IMG/VR virus record: IMGVR_UViG_2700989005_000001
Coordinates: 1-64,000 of that record
DNA: 64,000 nucleotides
Source: a virus
Taxonomy: Duplodnaviria > Caudoviricetes
Direction: 5' to 3' (one strand)
Of the stretch, positions 28,944 through 38,242 are shown piece by piece (within the stretch, counting starts at the first letter, position 1; each line of letters opens with the position of its first letter). A model generated the notes under the pieces. The model had not been told where the DNA came from. It ran no database searches and was given only the letters and a program-made list of their open reading frames with translations. A program made the translations under genes and the position numbers.

Positions 28944-29969
28944 ATGTCACACGCAATCTTTATCGGACGCTTTCGTCCATTCCACAACGGTCATCTATCT
29001 GCAATCACACAAGCATTCGACGCGCTTGACCTAGACAAGATGACTATCTTAATCGGTAGCTCTAATCGACATCGTTCAGTTAAAAACCCTTTCACGTTCG
29101 AAGAAGTACGCGATATGATGGGTGTTGCTTTACCTGACGATATTCGAAGCAAAGTTCGCTTTGTACCACTAGGTGATTACGCGAAAGACGACGTTTGGCA
29201 GTCAAATGTTCGTGCTAGTACGAAAGGCGCCACTCACATCGTTGGTTACGACAAAGACGAAAGCAGCTACTATCTCAAGCTATTCCCTGAGCTAAAACTA
29301 TTTCAACCTGAACCAGTGAAGATGTATAACAGAGTTATCTCTGCAACTGACTTCAGAGAACTGTACTTCAGCGAGATTCTACTGAATCACCCTGTAATGT
29401 CTGGTCTGATTCCCAAGCAAACAATGATGTTTCTTGACGATTGGAGCAAAACAGAGCATTTCACTGAAATGAAAGCTGAATACGATAGCTCAGTGCGCGA
29501 AATCGAGAAGTTTAAAGATTATCCCTACCAAGGTCACTTGAATATCGCGTGTGCTGACAGCGTTGTGATGTGTGCAGGTCATGTTCTTCTTGTCGAGCGT
29601 AAGTTCAACCCAGGCAAAGGCTGTTTAGCATTACCTGGCGGTCATAAGCATGAGAAAGAAACATTCTTAACTGCTGCGATTCGTGAACTACAAGAAGAAA
29701 CTAACATCAAAGTCCCAGAGAAAGTCTTGCGTGGCTCGCTCAAAGATGAGAAGATGTTCGATAACCCAAATCGCTCTTACCCACACACTCGCATCACAAT
29801 GGCATATCACTTCAAAGTGCAGCCAAACCCTGACAACACTTTCCCGAAAGTGAAACCAGCCGATGATGCTGTGTCTGCAAAATGGTATTCGTTGAGCGAA
29901 GTAATGGACATGCAAGAACGTTTGTATGACGATCACTACCAAATCATTCAGTATTTCACTGGCATCTAA
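28944..29969 (+). CDS. natV: bifunctional NMN adenylyltransferase / Nudix hydrolase (NadM-Nudix)
   Basis: GRFRPFHNGH, KNPF, ISAT; Nudix box GG...E....AAIRELQEE. Confidence 0.92.
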   Translation: MSHAIFIGRFRPFHNGHLSAITQAFDALDLDKMTILIGSSNRHRSVKNPFTFEEVRDMMGVALPDDIRSKVRFVPLGDYAKDDVWQSNVRASTKGATHIVGYDKDESSYYLKLFPELKLFQPEPVKMYNRVISATDFRELYFSEILLNHPVMSGLIPKQTMMFLDDWSKTEHFTEMKAEYDSSVREIEKFKDYPYQGHLNIACADSVVMCAGHVLLVERKFNPGKGCLALPGGHKHEKETFLTAAIRELQEETNIKVPEKVLRGSLKDEKMFDNPNRSYPHTRITMAYHFKVQPNPDNTFPKVKPADDAVSAKWYSLSEVMDMQERLYDDHYQIIQYFTGI

Positions 29970-30005
29970 CTAATGGGGCAGTAATGCCCCTTTGAGGAAA
30001 TTAAT

Positions 30006-30278
30006 ATGAGCATTAAACAATTAGCAAAAACTGAAGTAAACAATTACAACACTGCATACGTAGATGTATACAAAATTCGTGAAGATATGATTGCAAAGTA
30101 CTCTGCTGCTCGTGCATGTGTTGAACGCGGCGATGGTACTATGAAAAACTGTACATTACGTCGTGAAATCTGTCGCGCTCTTGATAATTCTAGTGATTGG
30201 AATAAAGTTGCTAAGACTGATTCTGGTCGTCTATTGTATCAACGAGTGAAAAGCAATTCACTAGAGAACTTTGTATGA
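30006..30278 (+). CDS. hypothetical protein
   Basis: GAGG RBS. Confidence 0.7.
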   Translation: MSIKQLAKTEVNNYNTAYVDVYKIREDMIAKYSAARACVERGDGTMKNCTLRREICRALDNSSDWNKVAKTDSGRLLYQRVKSNSLENFV

Positions 30279-30625
30279 ACGCATACCGAATCAACACATC
30301 AATCGAAGATCTAGCAATAGTAAAAGGCGATTTGTTTGTTCAAAGTCCATTCAATGAACATGAATATAAAATGGCTCGTCAACCTCAACGACCACCAATG
30401 CATATCGACTTGATTACTCAGTTTCATCATCTTTATAATGAAACGACTGCTGCTGATGACGAAATCGCTGAATTGGTTCTAGAATGGAAGAATCAATACA
30501 AAACACGAACCGAAGCTTTGAATATGTTTCGCCAATCACTGCTCGAACAGCGCCAATCGATTGATGAACAAATCAAACAAACTACATCTACCATTGAACA
30601 ATTACGTGAAAAGTTCGGAGAGTAA
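30275..30625 (+). CDS. hypothetical coiled-coil protein
   Basis: coupled ORF. Confidence 0.7.
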   Translation: MNAYRINTSIEDLAIVKGDLFVQSPFNEHEYKMARQPQRPPMHIDLITQFHHLYNETTAADDEIAELVLEWKNQYKTRTEALNMFRQSLLEQRQSIDEQIKQTTSTIEQLREKFGE

Positions 30626-30626
30626 T

Positions 30627-31253
30627 ATGCACGCATATGACTTAGTAAGAAAAATGCAAAAGGTTGTTGAGTCTTGCGAGACAATTGAACAACTACGCAA
30701 TGCAAGAAAGTACCTCATGCGCTGTCAAGACTATGCACTCGATGGTGGCAATGATAGCTACATCACTACTATCATGGTTGAAGTTCAAGACCTCGATGAG
30801 CGAATCACAAATAAGATTGTTGAGCTTTCTGATACTCGTGGCATGAACGCTATCGAAACTGGTGTTATCAAAGTCGGCATCGATATTCATGGCGTAATTG
30901 ATCAATCACCAGAGTTCTTCGCGCTGTTAAGCAAACTACCAGTTGAAGTGCATATCATCACTGGCATTAAAGAAGAACTCGATACTGATGTACCAGATGA
31001 CTTAGAATATGATCACTGGTTTAGCATTCATCAATCATGTGAAGACGACGGCGTTGAAATCTTGTACGACGAGAAAGGTCGCCCATGGGTCGATGACGAA
31101 ATCTGGAACAACAAGAAAGCTGAATACTGCCGTGAGAATCAAATCAATATCATGATCGATGACTCACCAACGTATGCTAGATCCTTCGAAGGTCTTGATA
31201 CTTTCTATCTACAACTAACCAATACTGTTCGTGATGAATGGAGACGCAAATGA
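30627..31253 (+). CDS. HAD-like (5'-nucleotidase-like) domain fused to helical N-domain
   Basis: GIDIHGVID, IITG, K..YC, MIDDSP. Confidence 0.65.
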   Translation: MHAYDLVRKMQKVVESCETIEQLRNARKYLMRCQDYALDGGNDSYITTIMVEVQDLDERITNKIVELSDTRGMNAIETGVIKVGIDIHGVIDQSPEFFALLSKLPVEVHIITGIKEELDTDVPDDLEYDHWFSIHQSCEDDGVEILYDEKGRPWVDDEIWNNKKAEYCRENQINIMIDDSPTYARSFEGLDTFYLQLTNTVRDEWRRK

Positions 31254-32391
31254 GAAATTACGGCATTATAGACCGAGAAGGCAGATATCTACTTGTGCTA
31301 GACATTGACAATGAGATAAAAGTCATGGCAATCTTTTCTGAAATCGAAGATGCAAATCGTGTGCTGTACAAATATGATTTCGATAAGCAAGGCTTTCGCG
31401 TAATTGAACTACAACCATTGGAAAAGAAACTATGAACGTATCAAATGTAATGTCACAACACGCTGAAATTCAAGATGCACTTATTGCTATGCTCGACGAT
31501 GAGTTCAACGGCAAAGGTCATATCGAATATGCAGATTACTTCGATGACGAACAACTATGGGAAGTGCAATACTTCGATGGTGAAACAGTACAAGAAGTCA
31601 TTGTAACTACAGTCGCGCTCGAAAAATGGATGCATAATAACAAATGATACATGACATTATCATCGAACATCGTCGCATCATGAACATAGTCACTGAGTTG
31701 TGCCAACTCAAATCATATGAATTCATTGATGACATCGAGTACGATGAAGACAAACAAATATTCTATGTCACTATCGCTGAAGAAACTCAAAACGGCACTG
31801 AATACATAGAATGTAAAATCACTCTGCAACTAGTAGAAAACTACTATAAGGCTTGACAATGAAATTACCAGAATACTTACAACACATCAAAGTAAACGAA
31901 AACGTAATTACAGTAGACTCAGCACGCGATAAAGCTTTGGTCATCGATTACCTACAATCAATCAAAGCACGATTCCATACTGTACAAAAGACAGTTAGCC
32001 GCTGCGAAATTCACGTCAAGAGAGCTTAATCATGAAAGAACTACTTAAAACAATGAAAGAAACTGAAGAAGCCATCGCAGCGAAGTTTGGTCTAGACCAT
32101 CTATGGCACGGACTAGTAGACTGCACCGATGTGCTATTCACATGCGATCTAGTAACTGACGACGTGAAAGACATGCATACCGTCATTAATCAAATACGTG
32201 AGTTCCAATACGGCTTTGAAGACGCTAATGCATTAGAAGAAGGCGATTGCTATGCAGTAGAAGTTTACGGCACAAGCGTGTGGCTATCAACTGATAACAA
32301 ATACATGTTGACTACTGCCGATGACGGTAGTGGCAATAGAGACTTCTATATCTTCGATATGAATAATCTCAGATCATATGAATTATATTAA
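31250..32391 (+). CDS. run of small hypothetical genes (31250-31435, 31432-31647, 31644-31856, 31859-32029, 32032-32391)
   Basis: translationally coupled ORFs. Confidence 0.65.
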
Positions 32392-32394
32392 AGA

Positions 32395-32463
32395 AAAGGG
32401 TTGACAGTTGTCAGCCCTTTCGCGTATCATACACATATCAAATCAAGAAAGGAAAACATTATG
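32395..32463 (+). promoter_or_regulatory. terminator/-35 hairpin early promoter cassette
   Basis: AAAAGGGTTGACA-gt-TGTCAGCCCTTT, TATCAT, AAACATTATG. Confidence 0.75.
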
Positions 32464-33295
32464 ATTGGACTATCTATTATCATCGCAGTATTCAGCGTCG
32501 TGCTAATGATAGACTCACACGAGCAAATCATGTCTAAAGAATACAGAAACTTTGTCTTGATATTCAATGCCATTTGCTGTATAGTCAATCTAGCTAACAT
32601 GATTGTGATTCACAAATACGGAGTAACACTATGAGCTTGACAATACTACTAATGACACTTCTATGCTGTGCAATACTCACTGGCATGAGTATCTTCAGCT
32701 TCATTAACAAACCTAGATTCGTGAAACTAGTAATCACTGCTGTTCTAGGCTTTGTCTCGTATGTTCTACTACACGTAACGGCAGGCGCAATATGAATCAA
32801 ACTATCAAAGCAATATGCATAGACAATACTTCAACTCGTATCGATAAACCAGAACCACCAAGCGGCATTACTCTAGGCAAAGAATATGTCGTTCACATGT
32901 ATAACGTAAACGAACATACAAATAAACCACCTATGATTCGTATTACTAATGACAACAACCAACGAGCAAGCTATGTCGCTGCACGCTTTAATCTATCAAT
33001 AGGATAAACTCATGTTCGCACTATCAATCTTAATTCTGATTCTCACTACATATCTGTTTGTAACCGATAAATCAAAACGAACAGTTCCATTCGTGGCTCT
33101 GCTAATAACAACTGCGTTTAACTGTATCATTCAGTATTACCTAATTGATATTCTATCATTGAGCTTTAAACTATCGTAATGCAAACACTAATCAATCTAC
33201 TAAACGATATACCTATCGGCTACCTCATGCTTGTTCTATGTGCTCTAGCAGCTATAGCCGGTTGGTGCCTGAGCGATATATCAAACGATGACTAA
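32461..33295 (+). CDS. four small membrane proteins (32461-32634, 32631-32795, 33012-33179, 33179-33295) plus 32792-33007
   Basis: hand-translated 38-57 aa hydrophobic ORFs with ATGA/TAATG overlaps. Confidence 0.65.
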
Positions 33296-33386
33296 AAACG
33301 CTTAGAATCGCTCTCACAGCGTCTCAGAGCATGGTACAGATACGATTGTTTTTAATATATCGCACCATGCCTCGTTTAAATGCACA

Positions 33387-33495
33387 TGTGTATAAATCTG
33401 TGGATAATATGTGTATGAGATTGTGCATAAGTGTCTGAAATCTGTGTATAAAAACATGATTTAGCTGTGCATAAGTCTGTGGATAATGTGGATAA
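33387..33495. promoter_or_regulatory. DnaA-box array (candidate replication origin or DnaA-titration locus)
   Basis: TGTGNATAA at 33387, 33399, 33422, 33443, 33466, 33478, 33487; TGTGTATGA at 33410; intergenic. Confidence 0.75.
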
Positions 33496-33665
33496 CTTTT
33501 TAGTGAAAAAATGGTGAAAGACTCATCGGCTCCTGTGTGGTACGCGGCAGTCTAAAACCTTACACCATTTATGAAAATCTAATTCGCTTCGCATCTTCTT
33601 GCTTGACAGCCAGCGGCATTATGTGAGAGAATGCAAAGAGATTTGAACTGCCTACGGAGGTAATT

Positions 33666-33812
33666 GTGATTACATTGGCGTTATTTTATATGAGTCGCGA
33701 CATGCAATACAGCGAGCGACCAAGTGACTTGTACCTTGGTACATGTATTTTAGACTTTGCATTAATCGCCACGATGTTCTGTGGTGTAATGATGTTCACT
33801 GGTAATTGGTAA
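33666..33812 (+). CDS. 48-aa small membrane protein
   Basis: GGAGGT RBS, GTG start, TTGACA promoter at about 33603. Confidence 0.6.
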   Translation: MITLALFYMSRDMQYSERPSDLYLGTCILDFALIATMFCGVMMFTGNW

Positions 33813-34135
33813 TGTTGTTTAAGAATTACAGAGTGAATCGCCATGTTCGTGCTCGTGCTATAGAGTTATTGAATTGTGGTGAGTTGCATCGCGTGTATAC
33901 TTGTTTAGAGTTACATCGTGGTGTGAGTGACGAGATGGTTAGTTTGATTAAGCTTAAACTAAAGCATTTGCAGCGTATGTACGTACGGCAGAGTGATTTG
34001 CCGAATGATTTAGAAGATTGTTATTCTTTTATCTGTGCGTATCACCCGCCTTGTGAACATCGTAAGTTGCGTGAATATGAGCGTAAGTCGTGGTTGAAAT
34101 ACATCATAGAGAACATTAATAAGGTAAAGATATGA
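33812..34135 (+). CDS. YTC...RKxWL family paralog
   Basis: YTC and ERKSWLKYII. Confidence 0.65.
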   Translation: MLFKNYRVNRHVRARAIELLNCGELHRVYTCLELHRGVSDEMVSLIKLKLKHLQRMYVRQSDLPNDLEDCYSFICAYHPPCEHRKLREYERKSWLKYIIENINKVKI

Positions 34136-34440
34136 AGAAGTACCGATTGGGTAATTTGTTGCGTGGTGGTTGGTCTGGTGAGTTTGCCAGTTTAGAAGAG
34201 GCGTGGGTTCAGTTAGGTTCGCGTTTTCTACTATCATTTCCGTGTGAGAAATGGGAGAAAGACATTGGTATGTCTATCAATGAAGATGGTGGTCGTACTG
34301 TGTATATGTATGTTCAAGAAGAGAACAAGTATGGTCAATTAGATTGGGCTTGTTGTAAGAACGGTGTGTTCTATATGAACGAACGAGTGCCAGTAACGGC
34401 AGACGATTACAAGCGTTGCAGTGATGTAGAATTTTTCTAA
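34132..34440 (+). CDS. hypothetical protein
   Basis: AAGG RBS, ATGA overlap. Confidence 0.7.
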   Translation: MKKYRLGNLLRGGWSGEFASLEEAWVQLGSRFLLSFPCEKWEKDIGMSINEDGGRTVYMYVQEENKYGQLDWACCKNGVFYMNERVPVTADDYKRCSDVEFF

Positions 34441-34450
34441 GGGTTATAAG

Positions 34451-35059
34451 ATGAAACGAATTGAAAGACATAAGAAAGTAGTAGACAAGAAAGCGATTAT
34501 GCCGAGCGGTAGTATGGTACGAGTTGAGACGTACTACAACACATGGTCTGGTTATTTGAATTGCCTTGACTCGGGTGATGGTATACGTGGTATAGAGCAA
34601 CCGACTTATATGCTAGTATCTGACAATGGTGCTTTTTACTCAGTTGAAGAAGATAAAGTAAATGGTAACAAGCAGACACAGACAAAATACGATGGTCAGT
34701 TGGTACTTGTACATGCTCGATTGAAGTTGTCAGCGAAAGATTGGGATTGGTACCCTTGTAAGTGGAAGAGTGGTCGTCTTGTATATGCGTATAAAGAAAC
34801 TGATTTTGTCGATGAAGAGCACGAGCTAGTTGTCGGTGAGATACTAGACATTTATGCCGCAAGCGATAGTACATCGTCATATGCACATGACGCGACAGTT
34901 GTTGTATCACGTCCGACACAAATTGCTGTTGAGACGTATGGTAAACTAGTAGTGTTTACGGTTGGTTCTGATACAGATGAACTCGTATCTGATTGTGGTG
35001 ATTATCGTATTGATGGTCGATATGCTGCTAGTCAGTACGATGAAGAGCTTCATTCGTAA
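34451..35059 (+). CDS. hypothetical protein
   Basis: ORF with AAGG RBS. Confidence 0.7.
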   Translation: MKRIERHKKVVDKKAIMPSGSMVRVETYYNTWSGYLNCLDSGDGIRGIEQPTYMLVSDNGAFYSVEEDKVNGNKQTQTKYDGQLVLVHARLKLSAKDWDWYPCKWKSGRLVYAYKETDFVDEEHELVVGEILDIYAASDSTSSYAHDATVVVSRPTQIAVETYGKLVVFTVGSDTDELVSDCGDYRIDGRYAASQYDEELHS

Positions 35060-35068
35060 AAGTTAAAG

Positions 35069-35096
35069 AAAAGGGTTGCGCTATGCAGCCCTTTTT
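35069..35096 (+). repeat. 28-bp direct repeat, left copy (terminator/promoter hairpin)
   Basis: AAAAGGGTTGCGCTATGCAGCCCTTTTT identical to 36050-36077. Confidence 0.9.
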
Positions 35097-35128
35097 TATA
35101 TTCTACAGTTTTTGAATTGGAGGATAAT

Positions 35129-36043
35129 ATGACTAGAATTAAATGGACACCTGAACGTCTTAAAGAAGATGCATTGAAATACAAGACTCGTACTGAATGG
35201 TGTAAAAACTCAAGTGGAGCGTACAATGCTGCTCGAAACCGTGGTTTATTAGATGAGTGTTGTGCTCATATGAAGTCAAGTCAGAGACCAAACGGATTTT
35301 GGAATTTAGAAACACTTCAAGAAGATGCATCCAAGTATAATTCTCGTTCTGAATGGGAGAAACGGTCTAGAAGTGCATATTATGCTGCTCAAAGGCGTGG
35401 TTTATTAGATGAGTGTTGTGCTCATATGAAGCCATCGACTAAAACGTTGATTAATCGTTGTATATACCGAATCTATGCTGGCAACGAGATTTACATTGGT
35501 CTAACTTATGATGTTGATGTTCGTTTCCGTGAACATAAAACAAAAACAAAGAAAATTATCAAGTTGATTGAGCGTCATGGTATTGATAATGTGAAGTTCG
35601 AGCAAATAACTGATTACATGGACCAAGAACTCGCTCAGATTGCTGAGGCAGAACACATAGAGAGTTATAGAAACAATGATTGGGTTATTTTAAACCGTGC
35701 AAAAGCTGGGGCGTTAGGGAAAGCTAGATTGAAATGGAATTTAGAAACACTTCAAGAAGATGCATCCAAGTATAATTCTCGTTCTGAATGGGAGAAACGG
35801 TCTAGAAGTGCATATTACATCGCTCAGAAAAGAGGTCTCCTTGATGAGTGCTGTGCTCATATGACACGATTGAAAAGACCAAACGGATTTTGGAATTTAG
35901 AAACACTTAAAGAAGATGCATCCGTTTACAAGACTCGTAATGAATGGCGAACAAAATCAAGTAATGCTTATAGCGCAGCTAAGCGACTGGGATTAATTGA
36001 TGAGTGCTGCGGTCATATGCCGAAAAGAGCCAAGCGAAAATAA
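35129..36043 (+). CDS. GIY-YIG (Seg-like) homing endonuclease with four ~50-aa repeats
   Basis: central CIY..YIG..R..EH domain; repeats W.LE.L.EDA..Y..R.EW...S..AY..A...GLLDECCAHM. Confidence 0.8.
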   Translation: MTRIKWTPERLKEDALKYKTRTEWCKNSSGAYNAARNRGLLDECCAHMKSSQRPNGFWNLETLQEDASKYNSRSEWEKRSRSAYYAAQRRGLLDECCAHMKPSTKTLINRCIYRIYAGNEIYIGLTYDVDVRFREHKTKTKKIIKLIERHGIDNVKFEQITDYMDQELAQIAEAEHIESYRNNDWVILNRAKAGALGKARLKWNLETLQEDASKYNSRSEWEKRSRSAYYIAQKRGLLDECCAHMTRLKRPNGFWNLETLKEDASVYKTRNEWRTKSSNAYSAAKRLGLIDECCGHMPKRAKRK

Positions 36044-36049
36044 TTTAAT

Positions 36050-36124
36050 AAAAGGGTTGCGCTATGCAGCCCTTTTTAGTATTATAGCTTTATCGAAACG
36101 ACAACGACTAGAGAGAATATTATG
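36050..36124 (+). promoter_or_regulatory. 28-bp direct repeat, right copy, within early promoter cassette
   Basis: hairpin with TTGCGC, TATTAT, ATCGAAACGA...GAGAATATTATG. Confidence 0.85.
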
Positions 36125-36439
36125 CAAATCATCAACGAAACTAAGTCATTTACTGTTTCACGTCACCCGCGTGGTGGTATGCGCCATGAGCTTGATAAAA
36201 GCATGTACGCGAAGAACGGTAATGCTTTGTCTTCAGTTCGCATTTATCTAGCTGCTGAGTACGGTATGATTGAAGGTCAAGACTACACAATTGACAGTGG
36301 TATGACTTATACTCTGCTACGTATTGAGCGCATTAACGATATTAATGCCAAGAATAATTTCTTTCAAGTCGGCGAATACTACGATTTAGACATCGATTTT
36401 GCTTCTAACACTGTACGTATGTACCAAGATAAGGGATAA
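36122..36439 (+). CDS. hypothetical early protein
   Basis: ORF after cassette. Confidence 0.75.
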   Translation: MQIINETKSFTVSRHPRGGMRHELDKSMYAKNGNALSSVRIYLAAEYGMIEGQDYTIDSGMTYTLLRIERINDINAKNNFFQVGEYYDLDIDFASNTVRMYQDKG

Positions 36440-36443
36440 AACT

Positions 36444-36851
36444 ATGAAAATTCTACCAGATTTCCTTGATAACACTGAAATTCGCCGTGTAATTAGCGAA
36501 AAAGCACTGGAATTACGTCAAAATACCGCGATTTTAAGCGATGAAGACGCTTACACGTGTCATATTTTAGATGATCACGTCGAAATCAAGCTTGGCGTTC
36601 TTGCTCAACAAAAAGCTATGCGTATCATTAAAGATAAAGGCGAAGCTTTCTGTGACCATCTACAAGCTAATCCTGAAGCTGTATTTGGTCGTGAATTGAC
36701 TTCAACTGAAGCTGAATATCTCAACGAGATTTTTCAAAACAAGCTTAGTGCATTTGTACATAGCGTATCGCGTGTATTTGAAGATGCCGATGATATTGAT
36801 TTTGTATTTGTGCGTAAAGCATGGTTAAAATTCTTGATTAATTCACTATAA
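36444..36851 (+). CDS. YTC...RKxWL family paralog
   Basis: YTCH, AFVH, VRKAWLKFL. Confidence 0.75.
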   Translation: MKILPDFLDNTEIRRVISEKALELRQNTAILSDEDAYTCHILDDHVEIKLGVLAQQKAMRIIKDKGEAFCDHLQANPEAVFGRELTSTEAEYLNEIFQNKLSAFVHSVSRVFEDADDIDFVFVRKAWLKFLINSL

Positions 36852-36870
36852 AAGCAAAAAAAAGTACAAA

Positions 36871-36941
36871 AAGTGGTTGCGTGATGTAGCCACTTACTGT
36901 ATTATTCTCTTATCGAAACGAGATACAGAGAGAACATTATG
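36871..36941 (+). promoter_or_regulatory. early promoter cassette
   Basis: AAGTGGTTGC...GTAGCCACTT hairpin, TATTAT, ATCGAAACGAGATACAGAGAGAACATTATG. Confidence 0.8.
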
Positions 36942-37112
36942 ACTTACGCAAACGCTACTAAAATCGACGCAATTGAACTTGTTATGTCAATGACAGAAGA
37001 CCAGTTCTACGACCTTATTGCTGAATCAAATGCAAATGATGATTACGCGTTTTCTGCAAAAGTCATGAAAGCTCAATCTGACTTACGTCGCGCTGGTAAA
37101 ATTAACTACTAA
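36939..37112 (+). CDS. 57-aa early protein (not in ORF track)
   Basis: MTYANATKIDAIEL... directly after cassette RBS. Confidence 0.7.
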   Translation: MTYANATKIDAIELVMSMTEDQFYDLIAESNANDDYAFSAKVMKAQSDLRRAGKINY

Positions 37113-37173
37113 GTGCTTGACACTTCCACCAGCAATAGCCGATAATAGCTTTATTGAAACGAGAGAGAACATT

Positions 37174-37425
37174 ATGAACTTAATCACACGCAGCAAAATC
37201 AATCACGATTCACTTTGGCTTAAAATCTTGACTGCTGATAAGAGCGAAGTAAAGCTATTCATCGGTCGTACTGGTGTTAAAATCAGTCACAAAACGACTG
37301 CTGCTTCAGCTAATGTTATGCGTGAAGTCGCGAACAACGTAAACAAAATGTTCAATGAGCTATACAAGAGCGGTTTGCCTTACGGTCAAATCATCGAGAA
37401 AATTGAAGCAGCTTACAAGGGATAA
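37174..37425 (+). CDS. hypothetical early protein
   Basis: TTGACA/GATAAT promoter and GAAACGAGAGAGAACATTATG leader. Confidence 0.75.
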   Translation: MNLITRSKINHDSLWLKILTADKSEVKLFIGRTGVKISHKTTAASANVMREVANNVNKMFNELYKSGLPYGQIIEKIEAAYKG

Positions 37426-37428
37426 GAT

Positions 37429-37863
37429 ATGAGAGCAATTGAGAAATCAGAAATCATCAAAGAAATTCGCGCAATGGCTACTGAAATGTCTAATGACAAT
37501 GCTTTGCTTGCAGATTCTTACGAGTATAGCTGTTGTACTGTCGTGAATCGTGTTTCAGATTTGTTTGAAGCTCGATATGACTTGTCGAAAAGAGAAAAAG
37601 CAAGACTTTATGCACCATGTAATGAACATGTAGAAGAAGCAGGTCTTGAGTTTGTTAAAACTGTCATTGCAGACTCTTACGGTGTACTTGGTTTTATTCT
37701 ACCAGAAGATACAATCGATGAACTACAAGACGATTTTGATTGGGGTCTAGCAGGTGCTTTTGTACACGCGATTGCTCGTGCATACGGGCCGTTGAATAAA
37801 GAACATTTCGTAGCAGCACGTAAAGCATGGTTGAAATTCTTGTCACAGTACGAGGGAAAGTAA
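37429..37863 (+). CDS. YTC...RKxWL family paralog
   Basis: YSCC, AFVH, ARKAWLKFL. Confidence 0.75.
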   Translation: MRAIEKSEIIKEIRAMATEMSNDNALLADSYEYSCCTVVNRVSDLFEARYDLSKREKARLYAPCNEHVEEAGLEFVKTVIADSYGVLGFILPEDTIDELQDDFDWGLAGAFVHAIARAYGPLNKEHFVAARKAWLKFLSQYEGK

Positions 37864-37864
37864 A

Positions 37865-38242
37865 ATGAATCTACACGAACTCATTCGCCAAGCCGCGTCT
37901 GATTTACTTGAAGATGACATCACTTCAAACATCAATAGCTATACGTGCAATCGCATTGTTGATCTTATCGACGATAGCAGTGATTACACTTATAGCGAAG
38001 TTAAAGCAGTTATTCGTGAACTCGCTAAGTCGTTCTTATATGCAGTATTGCGCAATCCCGTCGAAACACTTGGCTTTGAGCTAGAAGAGGCATCACGCTC
38101 TGAACTCAAGTGGATCATGGCTGATTCTTTCTTCTCATCTGCGTTCATTCACGTGATTTCTATGCGCGGTAAAGAAATTGATTTTGAATGTTTCGTAGCG
38201 GCTCGTAAAGCATGGCTGAAACATATCGTGGAGAATGTGTAA
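37865..38242 (+). CDS. YTC...RKxWL family paralog
   Basis: YTCN, AFIH, ARKAWLKHI. Confidence 0.75.
   Translation: MNLHELIRQAASDLLEDDITSNINSYTCNRIVDLIDDSSDYTYSEVKAVIRELAKSFLYAVLRNPVETLGFELEEASRSELKWIMADSFFSSAFIHVISMRGKEIDFECFVAARKAWLKHIVENV

Noticed and set aside
33391-33398. late promoter TATAAATC
   Set aside because: Mismatch to TATAAATA, overlaps a DnaA box, and no gene start nearby.
33387-33495. CRISPR array
   Set aside because: Units are 9 bp with 0-14 bp gaps; no spacers and no cas genes.
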